Origin: Amoebophrya sp. A120
Taxonomy: Eukaryota > Protista > Dinoflagellata
Assembly: GCA_905178155.1 (NCBI GenBank)
Contig: CAJINV010000009.1
Coordinates: forward strand, 2,085,373 to 2,149,372
Reading direction: 5' to 3'
Length of the DNA: 64,000 nt
Positions 35,889 through 48,675 of this stretch are shown piece after piece. The first letter of the stretch is position 1. Each line of letters opens with the position of its first letter. The notes beneath the pieces were generated by a model. It ran no database searches and was not told the DNA's origin. It saw only the letters and a list, made by a program, of their open reading frames with translations. A program made the position numbers and the translations under genes.

Positions 35889-37896
35889 TCAGGAGACAAG
35901 CCCCAAAGTTTCGAGCGTATCAACTGGAAGGGCGAACGTAGGGTTTATGGGCTTTAGATCTCGGATCTCTATTCCCTTGCCGCCCTTCTTCGAAGTCGTT
36001 GCAGTCGCTCGTGACGTTCTCGTTGCTGCAAACCCGACTGGTCCTCCTGTGGCCACTTCTCCAATATGCCCAGACGCTCCTCCTGAGCTTCCGTTTGCAA
36101 AATTCAACAAACTCAATGCCGCGACACCGAAGAATGTGTGGAAAGGGTCGGGCATGTTCCCAGGGCGATCAGCAATGCCGCCTTCCTCAGTGTCCTGACA
36201 TTCCAAGATCCATTTTCTCAACTTTACATCGTCGATCCAGTGCATTTTCTGAATAATTTGCAACGACGCCAGAATCCACCACGAGTAGCACACGTCCGGA
36301 GCTTTCTCCGGTCGGCCGTTGAAGCCGCCAAAATCCGTTTGGCGGCTGCAGAGAAACCAGCCGGTCTGATCACGGTCCACTTGACTGTCGATGCGATTGA
36401 CGAGGGAGAGCGCAGCGAGGCAGACCCTGTGGTGTCGATTTTATTTTCGTACCAAGAGGAGATGAATCAAAAACAAATAAAACTTTCTTTTATAGACATC
36501 AACACGAGCAGCAAACAGGTGGCTGTTCTTGGTGCAGGAGTAGGGCGGCTAGGATTTATCACACAACATTTCATCATCGTCCCAAGCGCTGCGAGTACTC
36601 CTGCTCCCCAGAAGCAGCAAGCTCCTTCAGCACTATCTTCACTGTGCATGCTCCCAGCGAGCAGCGCAGAAACGAAAGTCCAAACATTTTTGGCAAGGAA
36701 AGTGAAATGGAGGCAAGCATCTATTTCATTACTTACCAGCAGCTCGCGGCATGAGACTCCGACCCGGGCTTCCAGCCGAACCCCCCGTCAGGGTTGTAAC
36801 AAGAACGGAGGTAAGCACAGGCGGCGTCCACGTTTACCCAGTCCTCCACTCTGGCAGTAGCGTCGTCCCGGAGGAGGACGCGACAGATGGAAAAGGCCCC
36901 GTACACGAACCGCGTGTCGTTTTCGCCCCACTTGTCGGCCGCGAAACAGGCACCCTTGGTCTTCTCGTCCCTGGGCAGTTGCCGGGACTGGACAAAACGA
37001 AGAATGGCTTCCTTCCGCGTCATCATGATCGTCCCGCTCCCTTGTGCTCCCTTCGCTTCGGGTTCAGCTCCGTAGTTTTGTTCGTGTTCACCTGTCTTCT
37101 TGTTTTCCCGTTTTCTCCCTTCTCGTTCCTGAATGTGCTGCTCGGTCAGTAAATTCAGGTCAATATCGATCGTTTCCGTCTCGAGACACTGAATGATTCG
37201 ACGTTTGTGTTTGTTGATGGCGGCTCCTCTGGTTGTACTATCTCCATTCACATTCTGTGATGTTGTGCTGGTGGTTTCGTGCTCTTCATCATCTTCTTCC
37301 AGTAAGCACAACACCAGTAGAGCGTATTGTGTGGACGTGATGTGGCTGTCTTGCCCCGGATTACTGCTGAAGCCGCCATCTGGGTTTTGACAGTCCAAAA
37401 TCCAGCGCTTGAGAATGGCCTTCGAGGATGAAGAAGAAGAAGAAGAATCTACATCTACTGTTCCTACAACTTGTGCTGGCGTTGTTTCTACTGCAGCAAC
37501 GCCTTTAAAGTTTGTCGCCCCAACATCGTCCTCTTTCCCCACCGTGGCGTGGCCATTAGGAGTAGACGAGTTTCCAGTGCTCGGAGCAGAGGCTCCTACA
37601 ACAGGTCGCGGTGCCACAAATTCCTTCTGATCGAGGGTCAGTGTCTCTCCGATGTCGTATCGCATCAGATCAAGGCAATTCAGTCCCCAGTAGGCGCCGC
37701 CGGTACGGAGATGCGCGGTCATGAAAGCCAGCATGGTGTCCTCACCCTTTTCCAGGTACGAGGCCAGGAACTGTCGGTGTTGGTCGCCGTGAAACGGATT
37801 CACCCCGCCCGCCGTCTCGTTCGATCCAGAGACACCATTGTGTTCCGGGTGACCAGATTCGTCGACGTGCGCCATGGTCTCCAGTAATGTTGCCAT
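35889..37896 (-). CDS. RABGGTB: Rab geranylgeranyltransferase (type II) beta subunit. Exons 37896-36737, 36426-35889
   Basis: [49 protein letters not shown] and [23 protein letters not shown]...CACAG intron joins the exons in frame. Confidence 0.93.
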
Positions 37897-38713
37897 GGAG
37901 GTCGTTTTGGCAGTTGCGCTCGCCGGAAGCGAGACCACACAAAGTAGAAAGCTAGAACTCTACTTTACTTGATATCGTCCTTTAACCTCAGAACTTCTAG
38001 TATGTCGCTGCTAACAAGAACCTCATCTTCAAATCAATACCGTATAGTTTTAAGTATTTTGACTGTCACTGTCGACGTAAAAGTAAAACAAGGTGGATAG
38101 AAGGACAATAAAGTCCGTCGGACTCAGAGGAGAAGGCTTCTATGAAGGTAAGAGCATTCGTCGTCGAACCATCTTCTTCTTCGTTCACCGTAAAAATTGT
38201 CATTTGTTCGATGCAGAGACTAGTACGTAGTACGCATTGAATCATTTATACAAACCTCCAAGTGGGAGTAGAAGGGGGAGGGGCAGCAGGATCGTGATCC
38301 ACATGATTTTTGTATGTCGTTGCTAGATCTTCATCGTCGTGGTGCTGGTGATCATCCATCTTCAGCAAGAGCAAGTGCAAGATCGTTTGAGAAAGACCGA
38401 AATGTCCTCCGTGATAGACCGTTGGCGTTGCAACAGCGAAACGAAACAAGTTATGTTCTCAATGAATTCAAATATGCTCCTAGTCATGCTTTGCTAATAC
38501 AGAAAGAAAGACCGCAGCGAGCTCGTGCCCGCCGCGGCTCTTCTTCAATTTCAAGTACAGCTCTTCATTCGCTGGTTTTATTGTTATGTCGCGACACTTT
38601 CAGTACTGTGTAGAGTGTACAGCCGGGACTTCTACTACACACAGCAGCAAACATCATCAAGAAGCAACCGTCGCCAGCCACTTGGTTCAGCTTCACCTCT
38701 CTTTTTCTGCTAG

Positions 38714-40313
38714 CTAGTGCGAGCGAAAATCGGAGGTCGCTGCCCTCGTGAACTTCAAGTAGAACAGCGCGGCCACTGCTGAAACCAGCAACACTGACAC
38801 CATAACAAGAATTCGTGTTTGAACTGGAGTAGCAGGCGGCGTATTTTTGTTTCTTGTTGTGCCACCTGGTCCACACGGAGAAAGAACTTCGAGTCCGACG
38901 GGCGTCGGTGCATTGACAGCATCTTCTTCGTCTCGGTCTATCTTCCCGCGGGCCTTCCCCTTGTTGCTGCTGTTGCTGGCTCCTTCGCTGGCGGATTTAT
39001 TTGCGCCAGCGCTTGAGGAAGAAGCCGAGGTTGACGAGGATGAGGACTTTTCGTTGCTGTCCTCCTTCTCGGAGTACCCAGAGGCTTCTGCTCCGTTGGT
39101 GCTGTGCCCTGCAGGTTTATTACGTAAGCGCAATGCCGTAGTATCCACACCGGGTGCTAGCGCCTCTTTATCGACTCTTCTCAGGGTTGCTCTTTGTCCT
39201 TGTGGGCCTTTCTGCTGCGTTCCATCGTTGTTTTTCACAGGAGCACCTGCAAGGGCTGCAGCTCTCCGCTCTCGTTCCGCTAAGAGCTGCTGAACGTCTG
39301 GTGAAAGCTCTTGACCACCAGCACCGTCTGCTTTCTGCTCGCTCCGACCGAGGGCAGCAGCGACTCTTGCTCCGCCCGCCCTGTTGAACGCTGCAAGCAA
39401 GCCGTCTCTGAGAAAGTTTGTGCTGGACTTGAAGACTTCAGGCTCCTCGTCCTTGTCCGGAATCGCCTCCGGAGGCGGCCCTTTCGGGTTTGTTTCGTGG
39501 AGCCGGCTCCCGAAGAGTTCCGCGGCTACCCTGTTCTTTTTGTTGAAAGCCCAGGATGACTCCGCGAGTCGCAGCTTCTCGCTGGATGTGCTCTCCATGC
39601 AACCCAACGCGTTGCCCTGCTCATACAAAAACGACAGAAGACCGAGCAGCACCGTGCGCACCGTCCAAGCTGTTGAAAGTGATACGAAAATGGATACGAT
39701 ATCATCTTCACGGTTCTGTCGCACAAGTTTCTGTGTGTATTGTGCTGATCCTCTTATATTTCGTTTCAACTTCACAAACATGCACACTGGTTGTAAAAGA
39801 GGACCCACTGGCGCATGATTATTACATCAGAGCAATTAAGAGATCGAGTGTAAGGATCGATGAGCACGTGCTAGTGCAGCATTAGCATACAGAAAAATGG
39901 ACCACAAAAATTCTAATTCATCAGTCGCTGAGGAGGAAGATGCGAGCAAGCTAAACGATACATGAGTCCCAGCTCTCCGGGTGGAAGGAGCTCATGCTGG
40001 TGCAGATTTTTGTGTTCACCCGAAAGCGTCCGTTCGGCGTGATCATGTAGAGTTCCGGAGGCTTGAAGGGGTACTCCTCCGGGAGCACCACCTTCCCGAA
40101 GTACTGCCCGCGGGAAAACGGCGTCTGTTCCGGTTCGAACAAAAAGTACCACGTGAACATGTTGTCAGGGCTGGGCTCTGCGAAAATTCCGTTCATGTCT
40201 TCCTTTGTTTTCACCATGTCTTGCATCATCTTATACTCCTTCAGCAACCGTTTCTGCCCGAGTTTCCGGTCAATCTTGGACGCTCCGGCGCCTCCACCCC
40301 TGTTGGGCGGCAT
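38714..40313 (-). CDS. UBE2J2: Tail-anchored ubiquitin-conjugating enzyme E2 J (Ubc6 family). Exons 40313-39962, 39669-38714
   Basis: KRLLKEY, YPFKPP, TPNGRF, ICTSMSSFHPESW continuing across a GT-AG intron into WTVRTVLLGLLSF; hydrophobic C-terminal anchor. Confidence 0.88.
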
Positions 40314-41358
40314 CTTCCTCGGGGATCCTAGTGGGGAGAAGTGTTCTGAAATGATAATGAAGTGAAAGTAGTGCGTGTATCGTGTAGCAATTATCTGGTG
40401 GGGTTACCGACGCGGACGCGGTAGTACAATGTGCACAACATTGAAAAATTAGAAAAAACGGGCGGCCGCTTCATTCCACTTTCTTTGATGAGGATGACTT
40501 TGCTGCATAAATATATGCTTATATGCTGTCGAGTTTGCTAATATGCTTTTGCAGCTTTTGATGCTAGTCGTACCTTCTTCTGTACAAGTAGCGCAAAAAC
40601 AAAGTTAGTAAGTACTTACTACATCATGGAGAAAAAGGTGAGAGGTGCGACACGGGAGACGGTGAGCAAGATGAATGAACGGGGTAAAATCGTAGTACTA
40701 GTGCCGACTGAGGAACTGTAACTGTATGAACTTTCGTTGAAGATGATCATGACCTCCTTCCATCCTAGTACTTTGCTGATCATTCTCTGTGACTCTGACG
40801 ATGACATCGGCGGGATCCTCTTGCGCAATAAACAAGTACCTGCAGCTTTCGTTTTCTGCTCAGCGGTGAACCTGATCCAGACCATGACCACCCATACATG
40901 GTTCGATTTCCCTGCAGTGTCCTCCGTAGTGGTGGACTTCACATACGAGATACTGTAGTCAGCACAACAAGGATGTCGCGATTGCCAATCATCAAATGCC
41001 AGGAGATCAATTCAACGCGCCGCTCCTCGCAACCGATCACGAACACAAAATCGCTGCTGCTCCTCGATTGCTCTCATTGATATGTTTAAGGGTACTACCT
41101 CTATCACTTTCATCTCAATCGTCAAAAAACTTTCATACACAAAAATATTTCTTGCTTTTCTGAGTTGATGTTTAATAGGGTCACTTCTCCTAACATGTCT
41201 GATGAACATGCATGGCAATGAGCACTTTACAAGAACAACATCCTGAATCTTAGTCATAGTCTTGTATTAAAACACAAGACAGTCTTCATGCTGATGATGT
41301 TCCACGTCCGCCGACTGATATGATCTAGTTTGGTTCTCATTTTTTTCCATTTGTATTT

Positions 41359-44300
41359 TCAGTCATTTCGGCCACCAGTGGTCGTTCCGTACCTCGCCTG
41401 AAGCTTCCGCATAAATTGCTGCATCCTCGCGTATAATTCTTCGCACACTGCTGAGGGCATCCCCGTCTCCCGATCACTGCACAAGTCCGTGCTAATCGCC
41501 GGGAGTAAACAAGTGACGTCGCTGTCTTCGAAACGATCCATCCGGAAGGAGGGTGGTTTTTTTCGTACGGCACCGAACTTGCCCCAGTCGATGTACTTGC
41601 AGAAGTTGAGAGTGGGGTACATGATGGAGTGCGAAAAGCCGTGGTCCAACAGCTCGACTGGGTGATTTTTCTGCTCCTGCCCGTCCACCACGATGGGAAA
41701 CTTTCTCGAGCGAGCGGAGGACGTGTCGCCTGCGAGGACGAGCCTCTTCGCGAATAGTCCACGAAGCAGCGGTAAGCAGCCCACTTCGGGCGAACGCAGA
41801 AATCCCAGGCGGATAATCGTTCGGTAAAACCAGTTCACTAGTTTCTTCCGAAACTCAGAAACGAGCTTGTTCTTCACCAAGATTTGGAGGAAGTTCGGTT
41901 TGGCCTGCCTCTTGATCATGATCGCTCGCGTCGTGGACGACTTGAAGATGCGGTTAGAACTTTTGGTCCCGCTCGAAGCTGTAGTAAGTGAAGATTCGCC
42001 AACATCTTCTACTTCGTCATCAACATCCATGCTGGAGGACGCAACGGTTTGACAACTCGCCGCAATCGCGTCCTTCCCGAAGGAAGAGAGGCTTCCAGTT
42101 GCGGCAGGAGGGCACACATGATCTCGCTGCACCCTATCAACACGCGAGGACGTCCTCGCACCAGCATCTTCTGCTCCTGCTGCTGCAGTCTCGCCGCCCT
42201 TGTTACATCTCGAGGAGATGGTCTCGTTTTCGATTTCGCCTTTCAAGCCTCTCTTCAGAGTCGTGTGCAGCTTGGTGTTTACTACGCCCGGATCGGCCAC
42301 AAAGACGTGGAACTGCGGATGTTTTTCCGCCCAAGTTTTGAAATACGCGTGCAGCAACAGCTTCGAGTGGCCGTACGCCAAGGAGTTTGGGACGCCGAGG
42401 AAGTGTGGCGAATGGCGCTCGAATTCCAGATCGTCCAGACGCACGACGCCCTCCGCGAGATCCCAGGCTGTGAAAGAACCCGTGACGACGATCGTCGTTT
42501 TCTTCGCCCCCGCCGGGTTTTGAAGATCATGTTGCGGCGCGACTGCAGCCCTGGTTGTGCTAGTACCGGCAAAGTGATCCGGGCCTTTCTTCTCGTCATT
42601 TTCTTGTTCTACTAGAGTCGTATGTGGATTTTCATTTTGCGACGACAAGCGCAGTTGCTGGCGCGATTCCTCCATCGAAGACGTGCTGGATTGAAGGTTT
42701 TCTGCTCCGTACTGTTGCTCCAGCCGATCACTGAAAATCTTCAGTGCGGTTTTGGGGTTAGGAAGATCGTCCTCGGTGTGGTCGTCTTGCAGTAGAGTGG
42801 TACTGCTTGTCCTCTGTGCAGCTTCGTCTGCACAGACGAGCTCGGGGCTACTGCCCGTTCCGCCGGCGCCATCTGAATTCAAGGTGAGAATCGCGCAACT
42901 CGACGAGGACGCTCCACCACCCGCGGCAGCTGCATCACCTCCGAGATGGGAGCTTGATGACGAAAGCGCCAGTCCCGAAGCCGACACGAGAGAAGACGTA
43001 GCTGTGTCGAAAGAACTTTGACCACTCCCCCGACGTCCGGAAGTGGACGTCGACGCACCGTCCGATGTGCGGGGTTTGGTGCTGCTGGGGAAAAGCTCCT
43101 CCAGGAGCAAAACCGGGCCGATGAAGTTTGCCGCAAAATGCCGCTCTAATTTATCCTCCTTGGTCCGACAGGGCGAGTCGGAATCCGAAATGCCGGCGTT
43201 CAGCATCACGCGATCAATCATCTGCACTACTTCTGCATCGCTCTGCTCCGGCTCCTCGCTGGTGTTGACAGTGGAACCTCCGCCGGCGCCAGCCGCATCT
43301 TCCTGCTTCGCGGTGCCGTGATCCTGCCGGAGGCAACTACTCGGCGAAATTGGAACTTCGTCATCGTCAACCTCGTCCTCGTCCGAACTGTGTTCTTGAA
43401 GCCTCACCTTTGCCGTGTCCTCATCTAGTCCTGCCCGGCACGACGAGGCCCCAGTGTTGTTCTGTCCACTTCCTTCGTGCGCCGCCGTCGTCGACCGGGA
43501 TACGATATTTCCGCTGCTTTCGCTCAACAAACGCGAGGACGAGGATACTGAGCGCAGCACATCGCGGATCTGTTTGGCGGCATGAATCACTTCTCGGGGC
43601 AAACTCAAATCCGCAATCACGAAGTGAACTTGAATCCCTAGCGCGTTCCGAGCCAGGTTGATCAGGTTCCGGAACTTGTCAGCGGATTGCACACTGGTAC
43701 TAGCGTCGGAGATGCTCCTGTGGTGCTGGTGGTCGTGCTCCCCTTCGTTGTTGTACACTTCGGTCTCACCATAGTATTTTCCTTGCCCATCGCTGTCTTC
43801 ACTCGTTGCATTTTTCGCAGCGGCACGGGCACCAGTCGTCCCCGTCGTCGTATTGGACTCCAGCTTCAACTTTGTCCCGAGCAATTTGGACAGAGTCGAG
43901 TCTACATCTCCCTCGCGCTCCAGCTCCTCGCGAGACGACTGCAGCAGATCAAAATGAAAATCGTAACTATCCGCAATGACCTCATGGTCCCTGCCGCCCA
44001 TCGTGTTGAAATACCGGTCGTATTCCTGTTCATCATCGGGAACCACCTCACCTGCGTCCTTAACCAAAATCAGCAACCGGGCCGGCTGCCGCGCGACAAT
44101 TTCTTTCAGCGCTGCTAACCCGATGCCGGACGTCACGCCAGTGAGAAGCAGCGTTTCGCCGTACAGGGCGTGCTCCAAAGCACCTGGCGGCTCGTTTTCC
44201 GTGAGCAGTTCTTCGTTCGCCCTCTCGTAGAGGCGAGAGTCAAAGGACTGTTTTTCGCTCGCATTGTCGTGCTGGCCGCCGCTTTGGACTTTTCGTGCTC

Positions 44301-46122
44301 GGTAGACGTCCTCCGAAAAGCTGTCTAGAGCAGGGTGATGACCCCCTGGAGACTTGTCACCATCAGCGAAAACATCGAACACGTTTCGCTCGAGGTGATC
44401 AAATGCTTGAGCCGGCGACTTCCTGCTCCTGGTTTTTCCTTTTCCTCGCTCGGAGCTGCTCTTTGCCCCGCTGCCGAACAGCCGCGCGAGAAAGCCTTTG
44501 CCAAATTTGTTCGCAAAAAGGTTGAAGCAGAAGTAGTTGGAGCCCCGAAACAAAACGTCCCGCCCCGCCGCGAACAGCAACGCTGTCAAGAGACGGGCTG
44601 CGTTGGGAGGACGGTAGTGAGGGAGTGCGATTTGTAGAGGCAGATCGGTTTGGGACGAGAGAGCCGCGTTTACCCGCGACATTTCCTCCTGTTCTTCGTC
44701 GTCCTGCTGATTCCCGCGAGTAAACGACGTCGTGCAAATGCGGTAGTGCTCCGGTCCAGCAGCCCCCTGGGCTTCGGCGAGTTCCCGCTGCAAAATCGTC
44801 ACAACGTCCTCGTCCGAGTCACTGTGTCGCACGAAGTTTCCTGCGTCCTGCGTTTCAGTCCCGTGGTGGAGCTCGATCGTTGTGTGCTCGTCTGTCGGAG
44901 AGCCACTGCCGCCTCGCTCTTCAGCCGGAAACATCAGGCTCGCTGCGTCAGTCGATGTCGCAGAAGCTGGCTGTTCCGACAGCGTACGCGATGCACCCTT
45001 TTCTTCCTTTGCTTTCTTCTTCTCTTTCAGCCTCCCTTGATAGTGCGTAATCCAATACTTAAAGGTGTCTTTGCCCAGGTCGTGGCCGGCCGAGTGCGGT
45101 GACACGTCCTGCGCCGCAGTGTCGTCCCTAGTAGCACTTGGTAGATCAAAGCGTAGACCACGAATACGAGCACGATCTGATTTCGCGACATAATGCTCCT
45201 TGTCCTGGTAGTGATCTTCATCCTTCTCCTTGCTACTGCCACTGCCGCGGTTGTTTCCCGACGCCCGTCCACCACGGCCACGTTTTTGCATTTTGCGCCC
45301 CATACTCGGAGGGCTGCTGTGGCTGCGGTCACTGCCCAGTGGAGACGCAGTTGCGGCGGAGGTAAAGGACACCCGCGGCTTTTTACTTTTCTTTGCCGAC
45401 GCCGTTGACGTACCGCTTGCGGCGCCCTCCTCGATCAAATTTCCCCGTAGAGTAGGCGAAGACGCCCCCGACGCAGCCGCTCCTGCTGCAGATGAATCGT
45501 ACCCCGGACGCCCGCGCTGCTGTGCGGCCAGGACTTTTGCTAGGGTCCACGGGCCGCCGTTGCTCCTGGTGATGTCGGCCAAAAAGCATGCCGTGAGAAT
45601 GAGAAGGGGGCAAAATGCCCCGAAGTTTGCGCCGCTCGCGAACAAACCAGAACCTCCCATGATGTTCTGCTGGCTCGTTAATTGCTCAAAGAGGTAGTCC
45701 CGGAAATTCGATCGAATTCGAGAAATCCAAGGATTTCTGGCGTGGCTCTGGAGGTGAAAGTCTGAAGCTACTTCTTCAATTACACAAGAACGATCTTCAT
45801 GCGATAAGAATAATTCTAATTCGTTTTCTGCCCCTGCTGTTGGATCGATCGAGTTCGGTCCTGTGGAACAAGTTTTTGTTGAATAATTAGTAGTTGACTC
45901 ACTAACAGAAAGAGAAAGAGCACCGTGAGATGTAGAAGTCGAAGTGTCCACATGTTTAGAAGCATTAACATCAAATATCGCAAATGCTCCTTCTTCTTCA
46001 CAAGTTTGGCTTGTTTGTTCCTGTCGCGGAGGAACATGCTGCAGATCTTGTTCGCCGACGCCAATAGGATCCACATCACGAACGACTTGGTCACAACACG
46101 AGGAACGCAGATCTTCCGCCAT
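41359..46122 (-). CDS. Very large short-chain dehydrogenase/reductase (retinol dehydrogenase/WWOX-like), about 1587 aa
   Basis: TGVTSGIG, ADLS, NAGI, FAANFIGPVLL, YGHSK (YxxSK) and DPGVVNT, dispersed among long low-complexity inserts. Confidence 0.8.
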   Translation of the reverse strand: MAEDLRSSCCDQVVRDVDPIGVGEQDLQHVPPRQEQTSQTCEEEGAFAIFDVNASKHVDTSTSTSHGALSLSVSESTTNYSTKTCSTGPNSIDPTAGAENELELFLSHEDRSCVIEEVASDFHLQSHARNPWISRIRSNFRDYLFEQLTSQQNIMGGSGLFASGANFGAFCPLLILTACFLADITRSNGGPWTLAKVLAAQQRGRPGYDSSAAGAAASGASSPTLRGNLIEEGAASGTSTASAKKSKKPRVSFTSAATASPLGSDRSHSSPPSMGRKMQKRGRGGRASGNNRGSGSSKEKDEDHYQDKEHYVAKSDRARIRGLRFDLPSATRDDTAAQDVSPHSAGHDLGKDTFKYWITHYQGRLKEKKKAKEEKGASRTLSEQPASATSTDAASLMFPAEERGGSGSPTDEHTTIELHHGTETQDAGNFVRHSDSDEDVVTILQRELAEAQGAAGPEHYRICTTSFTRGNQQDDEEQEEMSRVNAALSSQTDLPLQIALPHYRPPNAARLLTALLFAAGRDVLFRGSNYFCFNLFANKFGKGFLARLFGSGAKSSSERGKGKTRSRKSPAQAFDHLERNVFDVFADGDKSPGGHHPALDSFSEDVYRARKVQSGGQHDNASEKQSFDSRLYERANEELLTENEPPGALEHALYGETLLLTGVTSGIGLAALKEIVARQPARLLILVKDAGEVVPDDEQEYDRYFNTMGGRDHEVIADSYDFHFDLLQSSREELEREGDVDSTLSKLLGTKLKLESNTTTGTTGARAAAKNATSEDSDGQGKYYGETEVYNNEGEHDHQHHRSISDASTSVQSADKFRNLINLARNALGIQVHFVIADLSLPREVIHAAKQIRDVLRSVSSSSRLLSESSGNIVSRSTTAAHEGSGQNNTGASSCRAGLDEDTAKVRLQEHSSDEDEVDDDEVPISPSSCLRQDHGTAKQEDAAGAGGGSTVNTSEEPEQSDAEVVQMIDRVMLNAGISDSDSPCRTKEDKLERHFAANFIGPVLLLEELFPSSTKPRTSDGASTSTSGRRGSGQSSFDTATSSLVSASGLALSSSSSHLGGDAAAAGGGASSSSCAILTLNSDGAGGTGSSPELVCADEAAQRTSSTTLLQDDHTEDDLPNPKTALKIFSDRLEQQYGAENLQSSTSSMEESRQQLRLSSQNENPHTTLVEQENDEKKGPDHFAGTSTTRAAVAPQHDLQNPAGAKKTTIVVTGSFTAWDLAEGVVRLDDLEFERHSPHFLGVPNSLAYGHSKLLLHAYFKTWAEKHPQFHVFVADPGVVNTKLHTTLKRGLKGEIENETISSRCNKGGETAAAGAEDAGARTSSRVDRVQRDHVCPPAATGSLSSFGKDAIAASCQTVASSSMDVDDEVEDVGESSLTTASSGTKSSNRIFKSSTTRAIMIKRQAKPNFLQILVKNKLVSEFRKKLVNWFYRTIIRLGFLRSPEVGCLPLLRGLFAKRLVLAGDTSSARSRKFPIVVDGQEQKNHPVELLDHGFSHSIMYPTLNFCKYIDWGKFGAVRKKPPSFRMDRFEDSDVTCLLPAISTDLCSDRETGMPSAVCEELYARMQQFMRKLQARYGTTTGGRND

Positions 46123-47016
46123 CTTGGTGAAAAGAAAATGAAAATGCAAATGGAAAGGCAAAGGAGGGTGCCCCCAAAAAAAATAATTATCCTGATCTGG
46201 CTATCGCTATCCGCATAATTCTGACAGCGCCTTCATGTGACTTGCTCCATCTTCAGAAGAAGTGTTGCAATACTCGTCACTCTTCTTGAAAAGGAACCGA
46301 AAAGGGATTATCGAACCACGGTCAACGAGATCATTAAAGGGGATCGTAAAACTACACCTAGAGGCACGCTCCAGCACAAAAATTGCGAACACGAATGTCA
46401 GCTCTGACGCGTTGCACGTATTCCCCCGACAGAAAGACAGAGGAAAGCGCGATCCTGGCGGATCGAATTATTTATGTCTTCGATTATTACACTTTTACTA
46501 ACTTAACTCCAACTTCGTTATGTGTGATGCTTGTGCTGGGTCTTGAGCTTTTGCTTTATCTATCAGCAGTCGTGATCTATTTATTATTTGTCCAGTATCA
46601 CTGTCGTGCAATAAGCACGAGGACGAGCAGCAGGCTGGTGCAGTTCTGTCTTTCTCTTGGTCTTGTAGTACTTGTTGAACTTCTTGAAACGCAATATCAC
46701 ATGTTGGCTTCGAAAAAAAGACCAGTTGTCTTCATCTTGTCCGAAGACTGAGGTCGGCTATTGTACAATAAATTCCTGCTCCGGTAGTACAATCGTATAG
46801 CGATTTTACCTGCGTCATCAGGGCGAAACATCCATCTCGCGTTCCACCTGTAGAATTGTCATTTTTTAGTTCTTGACTTAGATTTCTATCCTTTTATTTC
46901 GGGCTGCTTCCGCTCCGACAGGAACATCAAGGATACACGGGTAGGAAATTTTTTGTGCTGGGTCGTTCGTACCGAAAGTGTCGAAGCAAAACGCAGATGC
47001 CGTCCATCGATCTGCA

Positions 47017-48675
47017 CTATGCACGCATTCCCATGGGTAAGCTAACGCATAGGCGGGCATCACCCTCAAGTAGACAAATCAATGGCCACAAACACATTTT
47101 TACCGGTGCTGCGGGCAGCTCTTCCTGGTGGATATCCGGAATCTGCGTTGCTCCATGGCCCTTCTTTGGTGGTGGGCCCGGCAGTTTAAAAGACGCTTGG
47201 ACATTCAAGAACTTTTTCATCATGAACGGCTTGTGCTGTGGTTAATATTTTGGAACAAGCAAAAATTGCAAGAAGTGCCTGTGCGTTTCGGTTTATTCAT
47301 GCATCTACCACGTCTGATCGTAAGATCTTTCATTCAACAGAGGCCACGCTCGCCTTTCGTATTCCGTCACAACACCAACACGAGCCCATCACTCAGCTTC
47401 ATCGCAATGTAAACAATGACGACTTTTAATACTTCGCCGAGCAAAAAAATATCGATGATCGACGAGCAGCCCAGTACCTCTTCCTCTACTTTCAGTCTCT
47501 TTTCCGCAGCCTTTTTGTGTCCCAGAGACGCCTTGGTCTGGTAGATGGTTTTCTTCGGTTTTGCGGCGGTCTCCTCGGCGTGTTGCATTTCCTCCCGCAT
47601 CTGCTCGTACTCGACGGCGTACAGGTTCCCGATCACCCGGCCGATCGGGGTGCTTGATCTTGTGGGCTTACCAAAGTCACCAACCGGCTTTGGTGCCGGC
47701 TTGGACGAGCTAGTGGCGGGAACCTGTGACAGTGACTTGTTCTTCTACCTCGACGCAAAATTATCACTAAGAAGTTAACTTTTCCGTAACACTAACAAGG
47801 CTAGCCTGGCTTTTATTCAAGAAGACAAAGATAAATAAGGAGACGATCTTCGTGGTGGAGATAGCCTTGATATACATATATTCACCATCAAGATGCTCAG
47901 CAGCTGTAGTAGCTCTTCACATTGCAAATATACAACATTCTCACCCTTTTTCCCGGTGTTCTGCCTGGTGCTGTTTGTTCGCTGTCTGGTCTTACGAGCA
48001 GATTGCATTTCTTTTTGTTGTACGCAATGTAGTTCACTTTGTTTCCGGCTTTTGGCACGCTTTTCTGGTGGTTGGCCCAAGTACGCAACACCTCGCCTGC
48101 ACCTTCCATATCGCAACCTGTTGAAGATGGGGATTTCATTATTCTTTGTATTTTCCATTGTTGTGCGTGAGAAAGACCAAGACGAGTGTATTATGAAATG
48201 AGCGATCATACCATGGTGGAAAATATTTTCCGCGATGGTGCAATGCCTGTGCGCAAGCTCAGAGGCGATGAATTATTTGACGCCTGTCGAGTATACGTAT
48301 CTATACCATGCTGCAACACGTGTTGTTCTTGTTACACAAAGCTGTCCTATGCAGCTGTCACACCTACTCTTGATACTGCAACCAACCGGTACTTAATTTC
48401 CGGGCTTGATCAACCATAGCATCCTGTAACGTTGGTTACACGAGGGCAGAAGTGGCAGGAACAGGATGATGACTATCACAACTACTTACTTTCTGCAAAG
48501 CGGGTATGCGAATGGTGAAGAAACGAAAGACGCGAGGACGTTGCACTGTAACTTCTATACCCATGACGTTGCCAAATGAATGCGTGTCCGGTGGCAGGTC
48601 GTAAGCGGAAAATTTGGCCCGACCAATTTCATCCTTCTGGAGAAGTGGATTCTTCTCACGAGGAACCCGCGGCAT
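47017..48675 (-). CDS. CFAP77: Cilia- and flagella-associated protein 77 (DUF4483) homologue A. Exons 48675-48561, 48117-47945, 47723-47478, 47235 onward
   Basis: NPLLQKDEIGRAKFSAYDLP...FG, DMEGAGEVLRTW, FGKPTRSSTP, TKASLGH and FMMKKF. Three in-phase GT-AG introns; 3' end tentative. Confidence 0.75.
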
